This document shows positions 1 to 14,200 of a DNA stretch of 64,000 nucleotides, one piece after another (the stretch's first letter is position 1; each line of letters starts with the position of its first letter). The notes beneath the pieces are model-generated. The model was not told where the DNA came from and ran no database searches. It was given only the letters and a program-made list of their open reading frames with translations. The translations under genes were made by a program, and so were the position numbers. This DNA is from Dipteris shenzhenensis (Eukaryota), in the NCBI GenBank assembly GCA_047967505.1, contig CM106538.1; one strand, given 5' to 3'.

Positions 1-2862
1 TTAATGTGCGCCCAGTTACTAGGCAATTAATTCCTGGGGCCAAAGTGTGCAACAGGGGGACCAAAAGAGTGGTGCAATAAAAAATTGCTATTTTTAGCAC
101 AGGACTACAAAAGGGGCCCATGGCTCTTATTTTGAGTTCAGTTGGCCAAATCAGTTTCAGAAGCAGTCAGATCATCAGTTGTGACCTGCTAGGAGTTGGT
201 AGAGCAAAAATCGCAGATTTTCAGGAGCTTGCCAAGTTAGGGTCTATACCAGCACATCCAGGACCTGCGAGGGAAAACGCACCAGATCCAAGGCCTGTTG
301 CAGATTGCGATTTTTGCCAGGGGTGTTTGCTACAGATTGCGATCCAGTTTCCAGGTCCTCCGGGCTGTGCCAGGTGACTGCGTCCTTTTTTGGTACTGTT
401 TCCAAGTATTTCCGGGCTGCTACAGGGATTGCGATTCGTGAGAGTGCTCTCAACGGAAGCGGAACGGAAGAGGGAGAGAGAGAAACAGAGAGCCACACAA
501 GTTTTTGGTGGGTGCAGAACACCCTAATCTTCTTTTTAATTCATTTATATATGTGTTTGAGTATTGTACATAACCGGGTAAAGGCACAGTGACCTTTAAC
601 CCCCACAACCTCCCACTTAAAGGACAATGTGCCTTTAAGGGAGAACAACTAGTGAGCATACTATCCAATGCCCATCAATACACGACAATACTCAAACCGT
701 TGACTAGGTAGACTCTTCGTCAGCATATCTGTAGGATTATCATCTGTATGAACCTTGACAAGCTCTATGCGCTTGTCCTCAAGTACCTTCCTAATGAAAT
801 GGTACTTGACCTCAATGTGTTTGGTCTTTGTATGAAAGACCGGATTCCGTGCTAGCTGAATAGCACTCATGGAATCACTATGCAATGTCGGTACACCTGT
901 ATGAATCCCCAAATCTCCCACTAGCCGATCAAGCCATATAGCTTTCTTGCAACCCTCTGTGGCTATAACATACTTAGCCTCTGTGGTAGACAAAGCAATG
1001 CACTTCTGTGCGCGAGACATCCACGACACTGTACCACCTGCAAAGGTGAACACATAACCAGAAGTGGATCTCCTACTATCCACATGCCCGCATAGTCTGA
1101 ATCTGTGTACCCAAGTACACGCATGTCTCCTCTACCAAAGCAGGTGCACATCTCCTTGATACCCTTCATGTATCTCATGATGCACCTAACTGCCTTCCAA
1201 TGCCTCTTTCCTAGATTAGCCATATACCGGCTAACAACTCCCACTGCAAATGCAATGTCTGGTCTAGTAGCTATCATAGCATACATAAGACTTCCAACCG
1301 CTGATGCATAAGGAACCTTGGCCATCATGGCCCTCTCCTCATCTGATTTGGGACTATCTGTATGACTCAGTTTCACATATGGAGGCAATGGAGTACTCAC
1401 TGCTTTCCTCCCCTCCATATTGAAACACTGCAATACTTTTGTAACATACTCCTTGTGTGAAAGCCAAAGGAGTTTTCACGCGTGATGCGCATACCAAGAA
1501 TATGACGTGCAAGTCCCAAATCCTTCATATCGAAGGCCTCATGCAACTTGGACTTTAGCATCTAGCTCATAAGTATTCTTGCTAGCCAATAGCATATCAT
1601 CCACATATAGTGCCAGGAGTATCAGGCTATTATCCTTAGTCCTTTTAGTGTAGAGGCAGTGATCAATTTCACTCCTTCTAAAACCCTGGGACCGAATGAA
1701 AGCATCAAACTTCTGATTCCATTCTCTAGGTGCTTGCTTAAGACCATAGAGACTCTTCTTCAGCTTGCAAACTAAATGCTCTTTGTCCTTTTCTTCAAAG
1801 CCTTCTGGTTGCACCATGTAAATTTCCTCATGCAGATCCCCATGCAAGAAAGATGTCTTGACATCCATCTGCATAAGCTCCATATCCTTTGCTGCCACTA
1901 GGCCAAGCATGCATCTAAGTGTGGTCATCTTCACAATCGGAGAGAATATCTCATCAAAGTCCACACCCTTCTCTTGCTTGAACCCTTTAGCGACCAAACG
2001 GGCGTTGTACCTAGGCACATCATCACCTGTGACCTTCATCTTGTAGACCCATTTACATGGCAATGCTTTCTTTCCATGTGGCAAAGAAATGAAGTCCCAA
2101 GTCTTATTCTTCCTAAGTGAACTCATCTTTGATTGCATAGCATACTCCCACTTGCGTTGATCTTGGCGCATCATAGCCTCTCTGTAGCAAGAAGGCTCCT
2201 CGCAATCAGTAAGCATCACATAGTCTAGCCCTGGAACAAACCTATCAGTCGGTCTAGACACTCTAGATGATCTTCTCAAGGGCATTTCAGCTTGCTGTCC
2301 CATCTGCATATCAGCCACATTTGGCTCATCATTTCCACCAATAGATGATCCATCATCTACCCTTGATTGTATACCTGTGGGAGTACTTGGTGGTACCATT
2401 TCTTGCACATTTGGTGCATGGACAGCTTGCTGTCTATCAACACATGCAGGTGGATTCACGTCCTGGAAAGTGATTCTCCTCATTTCCACATCCCTCATGG
2501 GTGCCTTATGCATCTTCTTCTTATTGAAGACTACATCATGGCTGCATATGATCTTCTTTGCTTTTGGATCCGAGAGACGATAGCCCATCTCTCCACTTTC
2601 ACCATAACCCAGAAAGATGCATTTCCTAGACTTAGGATCTAGATTCTTTCGAAGCTCTTTTGCCACATGTGCATATGCCTCACACCCAAATATACGCAAA
2701 TGAGAGTAAGAGGGCTTCTTGCCACTCCATGCCTTTTCAGGAATACCACCATCCAAACTCTTACTAGGTTATCTATTGATCACATGCACTGCAGTCTTCA
2801 TTGCCTCAGCTCAAAAACCACAAGAAAGACTTGCATTGGAAAGCATGCATTGCAACCTTTCT
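1..2862 (-). mobile_element. Ty1/Copia retrotransposon 3' half (partial IN, RT, RNase H, PPT, 3' LTR from 607 toward window start), decayed
   Basis: ORFs 1539-2756, 963-1433 and 661-1083 carry [34 protein letters not shown] and KHIEVKYHFIR. The minus strand reads AAGTGGGAGGT (PPT) then TGTGGGGG from 607. Frameshifts and stops are present. Confidence 0.93.
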
Positions 2863-4203
2863 TGTTTTTGAGGAAGTGCATCTGAGAAACAATTCTGAAA
2901 ATGTGAAATAAAAGAAGCCCTTTCTCTATCTAAAGCAGAAAGAGTAGAGCCTTTCTGAATTGGTTGGCTGTCCTCTTTGACAAAAATCAAGTACGCTGAA
3001 ATATGACACTTTATTACATTGGAAATACAAGAAGCGGAAACTATAGGGATGGACTCCCTTTTCAACTTTACATCAAGTACATGATTTTTGCCTCTATGAG
3101 TTAAAGAAATCTTCTTGTTTCTCATCTGCACGTCAGCCCCCACCCTGTACATCCAAGGCATCCCAAGCAAAGCATCACACTTTGGCAAAGGCATAATGTA
3201 GCAGTCCTCTGCATCCTGATATCCCTGGATATGCATCCTCAACTTGCCAATGATAGGAGTGACAGGTGTGTTGAGTTAAGGGTTGGCCATATCACACATG
3301 CCGGATGGCCCCATTTCCTCAGGCTTGATGCCAAGCCTTCCTGCCATATCAGGAGTTATTAAATTCGCCTTTGCCCCAGAATCAAAGAAAAACAAACAAT
3401 GCTGATTTCTGATTTTTCCCCATGCTCTGCACATCTTAGTCTTTTTCGTTTCTTCTTCATCATGTGCATGTGGCAAACTCCCAATCACGTCTGGTAGAAG
3501 TCCTGCGGTAGGTTTAGGCCTTTTGCCCTTCCGATCAGCCTGTTTATTGCCATTCTTATCATCATCTGACTTGTCTCTTTTCTTGAATGGGCAATCATAA
3601 GAGCAGTGTCCCTCTCCTTTGCATATAAAACATTTGTTTTGCTCCATGAGTGACTTTTTCTCTTCATCAGATAACTTGGTACGGGGCTGTTTATTAGGCT
3701 GTCCACGCCTTTGACCAGCTTTCGAAGGGGAGGGAGAGGGGAAGCCATTGGGCCAAACGGAAGTCGAGGAATCCAAACGGCTGAGGAGTTATGAAGAAAA
3801 ACGGAATTCAGCTGAAGGAGACTGAAAAACCAGTCCAAAATCTCAACTAAGGGAGAAGATGAGAGAGAAAACCACACATGTGAAGTTTAGAAGGCCGAGG
3901 AAGGTCCAGGAATGGCAAAGGAGCATGTAGAAGGTACTAGAGCCACCTGGAACTCTAGGGGGGGCCACTGAAGGTACATGGCCCTCTAGGGGGCCCATTA
4001 AAAATGCCACATCATCATTTTCCAACAACCACTCTCTTAATTCCTTGGAATGCCTTTGGGCCTAGGGATTAATTACGCTTATGTGCTAGGCACCATGCCG
4101 CGTTTAATTACACATTATTAAGCCCATGCTTGGACTTTTAAAACCAAAGTTGTCACGGTCTTGTAGTACATTAAAGTACTTAGAATTTCACGCCCCCGTG
4201 ACA
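2863..4203 (-). mobile_element. Ty3/Gypsy fragment: LTR-like end, gag zinc knuckle, aspartic protease; internally deleted
   Basis: CFICKGEGHCSYDC knuckle, FFDSGAKANLI protease motif and DALLGMPW. The minus strand begins TGTCACGG at 4203. Confidence 0.8.
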
Positions 4204-5155
4204 GGATGAGAGCTCGTCAAGTGTATGTTTAGTCACTCGCTGATCTGGCGTCTTTGGAGGGTGGGTCAAGGTTTGACAGACGGCCTCTAGTCAATATGGG
4301 GTTTTGTCTTATTAAGATGTATGTGATTTGCGGTTGCCCGGGACCATGTCTAGTATTTGGCTTCATGAGCCTGATCATAATATGGTGACCTTGTGCTCAA
4401 AAAGTGAGACGCATTGGTCTGGGTAGTTAATTACCCAGCTCATATCCATGTAAACATGAGCCAGCAAGCAATGGTATTGGCTTCAAATCTTATTGTTATT
4501 AAGTCACCTCATTGGTACATGCTTCTCTATTTCCAACTCATGCTTGTCTCAGAGTGTGCAAAGCCTTAGATCTTTGCGCTGTCGTGTGGCTGCAGTCTCA
4601 CATCTTGTTTCAGTTTGGCAATTGTGAATCAAGGTGCTAAGTTGACCCATGGCATTCCGTACTGCATTGGAGAGGTGGATCTATAGGTTTTTTGGTCCAT
4701 CCTCACTCAAAGGGAGGAAGCTCTCTGTACAAGGCCTTTGTATCCTGTTTTCTGCAAAATTCCCTTGCAATTTTTCAGTTAAGAAATCCTAATTGATAAG
4801 AGTTGCTAAATGATTCACTATTTATCTGCTAGGCTTAATGTTTCCATGTTTTAAAGGGTTGCTTTGCATTGGTGAAAAGTATCATTGTTTATTTACTCTT
4901 GCCCTTGAGAATTCCTTCCTCATTTGAGAAAGGATCGAGCATATGCATTTACCTTTCAGATATAGGTGGAACTCTTTTTCTATATGGAAAAACATATACA
5001 GAGATATTCACGCTGCCTTTATCCTTTGGATGGCTGATGCCAAATGTTCTGGATTCTAGGATTGTTTGGTTGTGATGACTGTGCCAGAGATTGTGGCATA
5101 ATAACATATACAAATAGGGCCTTTTTCAGCTATCTTTCTTTCTTGAATTATGCAG

Positions 5156-5234
5156 AAGCGAGGTTTGAGGAAGCTCTTTGCATATGTTGGGCCAGGATTC
5201 CTTGTTTCTATTGCGTACATGGATCCTGGGAACT
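5156..5234 (+). CDS. NRAMP1: NRAMP exon ([26 protein letters not shown])
   Basis: tgcag| ... |gtgagt; DPGN motif. Confidence 0.93.
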
Positions 5235-8200
5235 GTGAGTAATGAGCTGATTTCACTTTTATTCCATATAAACAATGTGCATACGTGAGGATCTCTGCAT
5301 TAACAGTCTCCACTTGGTTGACAATTGTAATGAGGATAAGTAAGGAACATGATTTCACTGACCGGATCTTGGGGTTCTGCAGTCGAAAGTGACCTCCAAG
5401 CAGGAGCACAATTCAAGTTTGAGGTAAAGGAAGTTTTCTGTGTCTCTCTTTTTTCTCTCTCTGAAATAATGGTGTAATAATTATATTTAAGCGAAAGAAA
5501 AGACTGGTGGCTTGGAAACCTGCATCCACTAGTACAACATTAAAAATTTCTTATGGCATGCAAATTATTTAAACAGCCTTCAAGACCTTGATTTTATAAA
5601 TAGGGTAGTTGTGATCTGAGTTACTGTTCTATGGGACGGATGATGAGTCATAAGCCAGGTAAATAATTTCAGGCAGCCTGAAGATTGTATACTTAAGCTC
5701 CTTGTCTTTGTACATTTGATTGTACTGTAAATTCTCTAGCTCCTGGGTTTATTTTGATGCTCATTCTGTAGTATTCTTTGCTCTCTCTTGCATGCCAACA
5801 ACCCATGATCACCCTCTTGCGCTGGAGATGACAGTGATGATCTTGCAGCCCCGCAAAGGGGGTTCCATTGGTGTGGTGGGCTAACCGTACATTCTGGGGC
5901 TTCAACTTCTCTGCTACAGGCGAGGAGACATGGACCTCCACTCTTGTCAAATGCATGATGATTTTTTTCGCATGATGGCAAGTGGATGGGCCCCCAGGGG
6001 CTAGATATTTGGCTCGCATGGTGACTCAGCCTTTTTCCAGCTTAGCTTCTCTCTGGAGAGACCTGGTGTAGGCTTGAGCATGGCAGTGATCCGCGTGGGT
6101 CACACATTGGTCATTCCATCACTGTGCAGCCAAGCTTGATGTGGAGGTTTCCCTCTTGATGAAGTGGGCTTTGATGGTGGGAGTAGAGGCGGTCACGCCC
6201 CTTGTACGCCGTCGTATAGATACGGACTACTCCCCCTCAAAACCCCCTCTGAAGGCACGGAAGTCCGAGATTGTAATACAGGCTCCTACGTATAAGAGAG
6301 CCCTGTTCACTGACGCTTTAAACTCATGAGTTGGACCTTTGTGAGTTGGAATATGCACGGGCTCCATGACCGGGCATGCGGCCAGCCACAGTTCTGATAC
6401 TTTGTCAGGAGTTGCAGAGGGCCATGGTAGGACGAACAATGGATTTTCTTTGGTTCAGGAGCATATGTTTTCTGAAGCGGACATTGGCTGCTGTCACCAC
6501 CTCCTCTTAGGACTGGGCCCATAGGTCTGGTCTCTTGCAGTGTGTCAGAGTGGAGGGGTTTGCATTTCAGCCTCCAGGCGGTGGCCCCAGAGTTCTACGA
6601 TCAGGATGAGCTGATCATAGGTCGGGTAGTTTGGATGGGGGTCTGCGTGAAAGAATCAAGGATCGGGATCCTGAATGTGTATTCACCGGCGCAGTGATAC
6701 CAGGGACATACTTTTTGGAGACATCTGGCAGAGTGCCTCCCGGATATTGACTCTTGGATTATTGGAGGAGACTTCAACAGTCTGGAGTCCGGGGAGGACA
6801 AGCAGGGAGGAGCCTCCTTCTCAGAGATGCTAGCAGCAGAGAGGAGCAGTTGGGAATGTTGGAATGGTCACCTCCCCATCTGTAAGCCCCCATATGAGGA
6901 GAGCATGGGGGGGTTGAGCCTAGGGCTAGAGAGACTAACACATGAGCAGCAGCATGGCTGCCATGTGGGCATAAGAAAAGAGAGAGGGAGGGGGCTGCCA
7001 CATGGGCAGCACCTCACACAAAGAGAGGAGAGTACCTGGCAGAAGGAAGCTTGCCTCGAGGGCAGATCTGGTAGAGAATGGCGATGGCCAGTTGGGCGAG
7101 CATGCAAGGTTCTTCCCGGGCAGCCTCAGCCATGAGGGTTATATTCCTCAGGGAATGGAGGGGTTTCCCCTTTTTCTTAGAGACTCCAACAGGGTAGAGG
7201 TGGCACTACTGGATGGGGACCACATTTAGGAGGCCACTATCTATGGGAGAAGAGCCTTCCTCCTCCACCTAAGCTCCCCTGCCACCACCTTGTCACTTGT
7301 GGAGTAGAGACCTATTCTCCTTGGTTGCCAGTTGGTATCCCTATTTCCTTGTTGCCATGGATTCATTGTGGAGGACATGGATTGAACACATCACGTCCCT
7401 CACTTCTAGTGATACTTTGATTCCCGGGGCTCCCATGGGAGTATAGACACATTCTTACTTTTCGTAGAGTCCATGGCTTCAGTAGTGGTAGATGATGGTG
7501 TCCCTTAGCTTAGGATGGGGACTGTCAAGGACAGAGCAGAGCAGATCTGCGCAGCATCTCCAGCCTGGAACAAAGGCGCGATGAGGTCAGCAATGGTACG
7601 GACTTGTAAGGGTACACACAGCACGTGTACGGGTAGGACATGATGCCGGCAGAGGGCTGCAGCATGGCGGGGGTCTGTGGGCAGGTGTACGGCCTGCAAT
7701 AGGGTCTCTAGCAGCAGCAAAGGGCAGCCTAGCAGCAGCCCAAAAGGGCCTGGCTAGGGCCCTTATATAGGGCTGGTTGAGCCAGCCAACCAGGCGACCG
7801 GCAGGTCGGCTGGTTAGGGTTGGGCCAGCCAACCAAGTCGGCCAGAGGGGGTTGGTTCATCCCCTTACTGGGTCGGCCATTTCTCAGGGCCATTAACATC
7901 GAGAAGTTGGAGGGGAATGCAAATTTCTCTTATTGGAAGAAGCAAATATATAATGTGTTGGTCCAGAAAGATCAAAATATGCCTATCAAGTATAAAGGGA
8001 TCAAGCCCGATGAAGTTAGTGACCTTCAGTGGGAAACCATGAATGAGAAGGCCAAGAGTACCATTCTTTTGACCATCTCTAAGAAGATCTACTTCAATGT
8101 AGAGAATGAAGCCACCGCTTACAGCATATGGAAAAAACTTGAGTCCCTTTTCAGTAAAGTGTTTTGGTTGAAGAGGCTTATGAAACTAAGCATGAAAGAG

Positions 8201-11200
8201 GGGACAGCCCTCTCACTTCACCTCAATGAGTTTCACTCTATATTCAGCCAACTCACAAATCAGAAAATGAACTTTGATGATGAGGTGAAGGCCATTTTTC
8301 TCCTTGACAGTTGGGATACTTTTGCTACAGCCATAAGCAATTCAGCCCCTGCTTTTACAGGATTGTCATGCCAAGATGTGGAAAGCGCTCTTCTGCAGGA
8401 AGAGGTGAGGCGTAAGAATAGTAGTGAAAATAAGAATGCAAGTGCATTGGCTGTGGGCAGAGGTAGGCAGCAAAATAGAGGGGAAAACCAAAATAAAGGG
8501 AAATCTCGCAGTCAGTCCCATCCTAGGAAGGACCTTGAATGCCACTACTGCCATAAGAAGGGGCATATTAAAAGGGACTGTTTTCAGCTGAAAAACAAAG
8601 GCAAGGATAAGGAAAGAAAAGAAGAGGACAAAGATGCGAAAAGAGATGCCAAAGACACCAAGGGCAAGGCTAAACTTGAGGAGCTCAATGCAGTGATTAG
8701 CAGTGATGAAGATAATGACGATGTCATACTTGTTGCCTCCTCTGGTGATAGTTCTTTTCTTGTGGCCAATGATGGCTATTAGACTCAGGTGCATCCTATC
8801 ATGTTACTCCTCATGAGCAGTGGTTTGCTTCGTATGATGCAGGGAAGAAAGGATGCGTGAAACTTGGGAATGATTATGCCTGTGACGTTGTTGGCATTGG
8901 GGATGTGCATCTAAAATTCCCAAATGGTTCTGAATTTGTATTGCACAATGTGAGACATGTGCCACAGCTCAGGAAGAGCTTGATATCCACTGGGCAGCTT
9001 GATGATGCAGGGTATCTCACCCAATTTGGTCATTCTATGTGGAAGGTGCTTAAGGGAAATATGGTTGTGGCCAAGGGCTGCAAATCAGGCACCTTGTATC
9101 CATTGTATGTTGAGGGTGTTGATGCTAATGTAATCCATGTAACCGAGCAGCCACACACTTCATTGTGGCATAGCCGGTTGGGCCATATAAGCCAGAAAGG
9201 AATGAAAGTATTGTCTTCTTTGGGTGACTTGCCGAGACTTAATTTTTCTGATTTTTCAGCATGTGATCATTGTATTTATGGCAAACATAAGCAATCAGCC
9301 CATGAAAAGGCTAGAAATGTTAAGCAAGAAGTCCTAACTTTGGTACATACAGATGTATGTGAAATGCCCAACCTTTCTTTGGGCGGTGCCAAGTATTTTG
9401 TCACTTTTATTGATGATGCATCCAGGAAGATATGGGTCTATTCCATTAAGCATAAGAGTGATGTGTTCAAAGTCTTCAAGACTTTAGTTGGCACTTGTTG
9501 AGAATCAGACAGGAAAGAAGCTTAAATGCCTCAGGTCTGATAATGGAGGGGAACACCTCTCAAGGGAATTTACTACATTTTGTGATGAGAAGGGGATAAA
9601 GAGGGAGTCGCCCGCTCCCTACAATCCTCCACAAAATGGCGTGGCTGAAAGGGCAAATAGGACCATTCAAGAGAGGACTCTTAGCATGCTCTCACAAGCA
9701 GGATTGACCCATGGTTTTTGGGCAGAAGCTGTTAAGACAGCAGTACATCTCATCAATAGGTCACCCAACAGGGCCTTGGATTTGAAGGTACGTGAGGAGG
9801 TGTGGTCCGGAAAGCCACCCTCTTACAAACATCTCAGGGTGTTTGGCTGCCAGGCCTTTATGCATATCAGAAGGGAAATACGCAGCAAATTAGACCCAAA
9901 GTCACGCAAGTGTATCTTTCTTGGGTATGGTGACAATGGAGAGATGGGTTACAGGTTGTGGGACCCCGAATCTCACAAGATTGTGAGGAGCAATGATGTG
10001 ATTGTTTGAGAAGATAGGATGCAAAAACAGCCTATCAATACCATTGGAGTGAGAAGAATCATTTTTTAGGAGGAAGGACCTCCAGCACAACCACAAAATG
10101 CCAATCAAAATGCTGTCCAAAATGGTCAAAATCAGCAGCCACCTCCGGCTTTTAATGCTCCATATTATCCTCCACAGGAAGAGCCACAAATGCAGCCTGA
10201 GATTCAGCAAGATGTGCTTCCAGAGCAGGCTGTACAGCCCCAAAATATGCAGGAACAGCAAGCAAATCAGCCACCTAATCAAGATGGTTCGGTTAGGTGG
10301 AGCACCAGGGTGTCCCGGATGCCTGATAGGTTTGTTCCAGGGGTGAATGCACTTGATGATTACATCATGGTGACAGATTGTGGTGAGCCCTTGTGCTTTA
10401 AAGAAGCCATGAAGAGGGAGGACGCAAAGAATTGGCAGAAAGCCATGGTTTCAGAGATGCAATCTCTTGAGAAGAATCAGACATGGAATCTAGTGCAGTT
10501 GCCTGCAGGCCAGAAAGTCCTACCATGCAAGTGGGTTTATAGGTTGAAGATCACTCCAGGGGATGCTAAGCCCAAGTACAAAGCAAGATTAGTTGCTAAG
10601 GGGTTCAAGCAGGAAAAGGGAGTTGATTTTGATGAAATCTTTTCTCCTGTAGTCAAGATGACTACATTGAGGACTGTTTTAGCTTTGGTTGCTTGTCAGG
10701 ACATGGATCTTGTCCAAATGGACGTGAAGACGGCCTTCCTTCATGGAGACCTTCACGAGGATATTTATATGCAGCAACCAGAGGGATATCAAGTCAAGGG
10801 AAAAGAACGGCTTGTATGCAAATTGTAGAAGAGTCTCTATGGGCTCAAGCAGGCACTCAGAGAGTGGTATCACAAGTTTGATGCTTTCATGAAAGCACAA
10901 GGATTTAGACGGTCTGATCATGATCATTGTCTCTACACTAAGAAGACAAGAGATGGTAGTCTTCTTATACTCATTCTTTATGTGGATGATGTGCTTATTG
11001 CTAGGAAGTCATCTATTGATATGAATGCTTTGAAAGCAAAACTGCACAAAACCTTCGACATGAAGGATCTTGGTGATGCAAATCACATTCTTGGTATGCG
11101 GAGAGGTTCAATATGGATAAGGGGAAGGCTTTGAGCACACCCTTGCCACCATATTTGAAACTCAGCCAAAAGGACAGCCCTTAGTCAAATGATGAAAGGG

Positions 11201-14200
11201 CTCATATGGCCAAGGTTCCTTATGCTTGTGCATGTGGCAGTCTGATGTATGCCATGGTTGCTACTAGACCAGATATTGCTTTTGCAGTGGGAGTAGTCAG
11301 TAGATATATGGCTAACCCCGGTAAGAGGCATTGGGAGGCAATTAAGGGTATATTGAGATACCTTAAGGGGTCTCAAGATGTGTGCATATGTTTTGGCAAG
11401 CAAGATGCAGAATTGCATGGATACACAGATTCAGATTATGCAGGGCATGCAGACAATCGTAAGTCCACCATGGGCTACGTGTTTACTTTCACAGGTGGTG
11501 CTATTTCATGGATATCCAGGTTACAGAGATGCACAGCATTGTCTACCACGGAGGCAGAGTATATCGCAGCCACTGAGGCTTGCAAGGAGGCCATATGGCT
11601 TTCACGTCTGGTGGGAGACTTGGGTTTTTCAGGGGATATTCCTTCTTTGCATTGTGATAGCCAGAGTGCTATTATGTTGGCAAAGAATCCGGTCTTTCAT
11701 CAGAAGACCAAGCACATTGATGTTAAGTACCACTTTATTCGTGAGGTATTGCATGACAAGTTGTTAGAACTTGTCAAAATCCATACTGATGATAACCCTG
11801 CGGATCTTTTCACCAAGATCTTGCCAGCAGAGCGGTTTGCACATTGCAGGGCACTGATGGGTGTTGGATAGGCCATATATCACGTTTTGGCCTTGTACAT
11901 TCTATATGTACTTGCTGTAATTTCTGATTTTTTTGAGGCACATTGCCTTCAAGTGGGAGGTTGTTGGGGTTAAGGCCCTGTGCCACCTCATGTACACCTT
12001 TTCTGTTACAGGTTACAATGTGAACACGGTTCACTCCGAACTGGTTCCACCCAAGTGTCTATCCTAATATATTCTTGAGGGTTGTGGTGTGCCCTTGTTC
12101 TTGAGGGTTGTGGTGTGCCCTTGCTTCTCGATTCACACCCACCACACTTGTGGTCTTGGTCTCACTCTCCTCCACTCGCTTTCGCTTCAGCACCAAGGGT
12201 CTCGTCCTTGGGAAATGGAAACCTATGCATTTTGCCCAACAAACAGCCTCGCATACATGTTTTTAAAGTGCATGCATGGGTGGAAGATCTACGACCATGT
12301 CATTTGAAGGCATCTTCACTAAACTATTGAAGTTGAGATGCCCCAATCTCTCATGCCATAGAGATGTATCAGAAATTACAGATTCAGCCATTAGCTTTAT
12401 AGCAGCCTGTTGTGCATATATGTCAAGATGATATAGCCCTCTATCAAGTGTTCCAGTAAGTACAATAGTTATCATACCGATATAATAAACGGCAGTACAA
12501 TAACCATAAAAAAGAACTTTGAAGCCATGTGTGGAGATGGTTGAGATAGAAATCAGATTCTTTTTGATACTTGGAACATATAAAACTTCCACAAGTGGAA
12601 TGGTATCACTTGACACTGTAGTGACAAGCACTTGACCAATCCCTTTCATGGGATATGCTGCATTATTTGCACAAGTGACAGTGCCCCCCTTTGGAACACC
12701 ACTCAATGTGTGAAAGAGATTTTTGCAAGAATTGATGTGCTTAGAAGCACCAATCAAAGTACTAGTGTGAGGTGGAATCTGAGGCTGCAAAAGCTGAATC
12801 ATGCAGAGTAGGATTACAATGACACTCCACAAGAAATGCCCACTCATCATGAGCAAGATTGGCTGCCTCTGTATTTGTGACATTAGCAGTTGGAGTATTT
12901 GTGACAACAAGACCTTGCTGTGCTGGCTAGCTGCTGCTTCTTCTTGGTTCCGGCACTCAGAGATATCATGACGTGGTTTCTTGCAATAATTGCAGTGTTC
13001 TTCTTCTTCCCATCAGCAGGAGAAGAAGAGGATGACATACCGGATAAGGTTTGGGCTTGCTGTAATTTCCTGTTCTTTTCCTTTGTCCCTATGATTAGTA
13101 GCAAAGGCTTGATCTGCATGAGTAGAAGCGCCTTGTTTTGACGAATCTGCTCTTCCTGCAGGAGTAGGGAAACAAGTTGATCAAAAGAATAGTGATTGGG
13201 GTTACCCATGGCCAATAGTGTAAGTGTTGTTGCAAATTTCTAGTCAGGGAGTCCATCGAGTGTGGTGGACACAACCTGTGAGTCTGGTACACTCTCATCA
13301 ACATTGATGAGCTGCTCTCTGGAAGTCCTTGACCAGTGTCAAATAGGCTTCCATGCTGCCCCCTTTACTCATCTTAACATTGTCAAGCTGCCTGGGCAAA
13401 TAAGTAACTCTGGTCTCATTGCGTATTTGATAAAGACTGACCAGAGTGTCCCTTACAGCCTTGATGGTTTTGCAAGACCGAATGCGAGGTATAACAACTC
13501 TCTTGTTATTCATGGCAATCACTGCTTGTGCTTGTATATCTCGCTGATCCCAATGAATCTGTTCTTATGTTGGAGGGTCGGCGGCAAGCACTGAGGAGTA
13601 GTAGATTTGGCAGAAGTTGTTGCGGGAGGGGCAAGATGTGCCGGTGATGAAGAGATAGGTCTAGTCTCTAATCTAGATACAATTCCCCAAAAGTTCCTTG
13701 GACGTGCACACCAAGTACGATCACATGGGATAATTGGTGCCATCAAGCTTGTCCTCAACAGCCATTATCCCAAAAGATTCATGGTTTGCCATTGCAAATA
13801 AAAATCCCAAAAAAAAATAAAAATAAAAGTGCCCTGCAAATGTCACAGCCTCAAGGCTGCAATGCAAAGAGCTGGCTGCCCAAGTATCTGACTGTTGTTT
13901 GCAGATGTCATACCAAAAATGACAGCAAATGTTTGCAAGTGTCAATGCCAAGATGGCTGCTCAAACACTGAGCAAGGATAAGCCCTTTGCAGGCCACACG
14001 GGGGGGGGGGGGGGGGGGGATGCAAACAGCCACTGAGGCTAGAACAGCTCTTAGGAGCAGTGCAAGGGCTTGGAAAGCTAGTGCAGAGGCATGGGGGAAT
14101 TGCCCCCACACATGTGCAAACAATAGTCTAAGGCTGCCAGGGAAGGGTAGGAAGCCCATGAGCATAGATTGCCCCAAACAAGGGGTCGTCAGCCCAAGAA

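Noticed and set aside
6857-7898. Solo LTR with TGTT...AACA ends
   Set aside because: The flanks GGGAA and TCGAG do not form a TSD; probably a composite of LTR pieces.
7820-7898. N-terminus of the 320-aa gag ORF
   Set aside because: It comes from adjacent LTR-like DNA; gag homology starts at IEKLEG (about 7899).
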